In this document: positions 63,505 through 64,000 of the stretch, in pieces
Position numbering within the stretch: position 1 is the stretch's first letter
Layout: each line of letters opens with the position of its first letter
From: a candidate division FCPU426 bacterium
Lineage (GTDB): Bacteria; Oederibacteriota; Muellerivitia; Muellerivitales; Muellerivitaceae
Assembly: GCA_963719085.1 (NCBI GenBank)
Contig: CAVRAL010000005.1
Span: 1-64,000, forward strand
Length of the DNA stretch: 64,000 nucleotides
Reading direction: 5' to 3'
The notes under the pieces: model-generated
Seen by the model: only the letters and a program-made list of their open reading frames with translations
The model's database searches: none
What the model was told of the DNA's origin: nothing
Made by a program: the position numbers and the translations under genes

Positions 63505-64000
63505 CTAATTCGCGACCCCCGCCAATCGAAAAAGAAATTGGCAAGCCGCCGCGATCAAGGCCGCCGCCGGGATGGTAAGAACCCAGGCCCAGACAATCCG
63601 GCTGGCCACTCCCCAACGAACCGACGAGAAGGAATTGGTGCTGCCCACGCCAATAATGGCCCCTGTAATGGTGTGCGTAGTGGAAACCGGAACACCTAAA
63701 TACGTGGCAAAGAAGACGGAAATAGCCCCTCCGGTTTCAGCGCAAAAACCACCCACGGGCTTCAATTTGGTGATGCGTTGTCCCATGGTTTTGACAATCC
63801 TCCACCCTCCGGTCAAGGTCCCTAAAGCCATGGCGGCATAACAACAAATAATGATCCACCAAGCAATTTCAGCTCCTTGCCCCCGGCTGGCCCAAGTCTC
63901 ATGACGGGCCGCCACTAAAAGGGCCACGATGATCCCCATGGTCTTCTGGGAGTCATTGGCTCCGTGGCTGAGGCTATAGAAGGAAGCCGAAAAAAGCTGA
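63505..64000 (-). CDS. pit: Inorganic phosphate transporter (PiT family), C-terminal part
   Basis: HGANDSQKTMG, GGWRIVKTMG, PVSTTH and WVLTIP. The gene runs off the window end. Confidence 0.92.
   Translation of the reverse strand, partial: QLFSASFYSLSHGANDSQKTMGIIVALLVAARHETWASRGQGAEIAWWIIICCYAAMALGTLTGGWRIVKTMGQRITKLKPVGGFCAETGGAISVFFATYLGVPVSTTHTITGAIIGVGSTNSFSSVRWGVASRIVWAWVLTIPAAALIAAACQFLFRLAGVAN

Noticed and set aside
48852..63841. Many overlapping or antisense ORFs in the bacterial segment
   Set aside because: They are shadow ORFs of well-supported genes in GC-richer DNA.

Overview
The window has two parts of different origin. Bases 1 to ~48840 are very AT-rich eukaryotic DNA with short (~50-60 bp) GT-AG introns. 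The gene content and style suggest a compact invertebrate genome, most likely a bdelloid rotifer (inference). This part holds a 126-bp tandem array, metazoan housekeeping genes (tousled-like kinase, SCAP, V-ATPase F, calmodulin, KIF23/MKLP1) and a duplicated GET1/WRB + small secreted peptide + homeobox block. It also holds two bacterial-type genes that are candidate horizontal transfers (an intronless AAC(3)/YokD-family acetyltransferase and a five-intron GH18 chitinase) and many non-autonomous transposons. At 48840/48841 the sequence switches abruptly, inside a bioF gene, to GC-richer, gene-dense, intronless bacterial DNA that runs to the window end. That segment carries bioF, a GNAT, fabF-like, fabG-like, membrane proteins, a degenerate double-Mrr protein, mazG, a CorA-family gene, a phosphoesterase, an AsmA-family gene, recA, bshB1-like, a cold-shock gene and a partial pit gene. 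It is most simply a chimeric assembly or contaminant join, and less likely a very recent large insertion. Single-base indels in conserved eukaryotic genes such as calmodulin indicate an error-prone consensus, so frameshifts should be read with caution. No new system is proven. The best leads are the junction, the HGT genes, the membrane-anchored pseudo-Mrr protein, the inverted intergenic repeat pair and the fabG-fabF-GNAT-bioF operon.
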